The notes under the pieces were generated by a model, which saw only the letters and a program-made list of their open reading frames with translations, did not search any database and had not been told where the DNA came from. Shown in pieces: positions 40,722-40,844 of a stretch of 40,844 nt of DNA (position 1 is the stretch's first letter; each line of letters opens with the position of its first letter). This DNA comes from a virus (taxonomy: Duplodnaviria; Heunggongvirae; Uroviricota; Caudoviricetes). Position numbers and translations under genes: made by a program. The stretch covers positions 1-40,844 of IMG/VR virus record IMGVR_UViG_3300025916_000008, one strand, 5' to 3'.

Positions 40722-40844
40722 GCCCCCGCCTGGTCCGCGCGCCGCTGTATCAGCATGGTGATCGCCTCCGAGACGTGATTACGTTCCCGCAGCTCCCGCA
40801 GCGGGATGATCACGGTCTCGCGCGCTTCCGCCAGGCGCTGCTCT
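40718..40844 (-). CDS. Partial ORF (3' end), typical partner of putative holin genes
   Basis: ...ETVIIPLRELRERNHVSEAITMLIQRRADQAGA*; runs off right edge. Confidence 0.5.
   Translation of the reverse strand, partial: EQRLAEARETVIIPLRELRERNHVSEAITMLIQRRADQAGA

Noticed and set aside
1-40844. CRISPR array, integrase/att site, IS element
   Set aside because: No regularly spaced repeat-spacer units, and no recombinase or transposase ORF seen.

Overview
This is a 40.8-kb segment of a large, GC-rich, contractile-tailed actinobacteriophage whose gene content resembles Bxz1/cluster-C myoviruses; the host is probably a filamentous actinomycete, since the phage carries BldC-like, DUF397/BldB-like and Lsr2-like regulators. 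The left arm (minus strand) holds tail tube, tail sheath and completion genes plus Lsr2. A repeat-rich, origin-like region lies at ~5.3-5.8 kb next to a bldC homologue. From 6.5 to 15.8 kb runs a plus-strand array of 40 canonical-looking tRNAs covering all 20 amino acids. The array is interleaved with two free-standing homing endonucleases (PD-(D/E)XK and LAGLIDADG), small ORFs and many structured non-tRNA RNAs. The most striking of these is a near-exact mimic of the 23S rRNA L11-binding GTPase-associated centre (H43-H44) with an 87-nt expansion, sitting directly behind a tRNA-shaped RNA. The array also contains anticodon-less or anticodon-expanded tRNA mimics, an rrn-type boxA element and a permuted (YrlA/Y-RNA-like) tRNA core. 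Two more YrlA-like RNAs lie in tandem at 25.0-25.4 kb. The right half holds virion genes, a block of small leaderless accessory genes, the major capsid protein, a decoration-like protein and a giant protease/scaffold polyprotein with an embedded HhH-glycosylase-like domain. All calls come from manual reading; no searches or folding programs were run, so tRNA/ncRNA ends may be off by 1-3 nt and protein family assignments are from recalled motifs.
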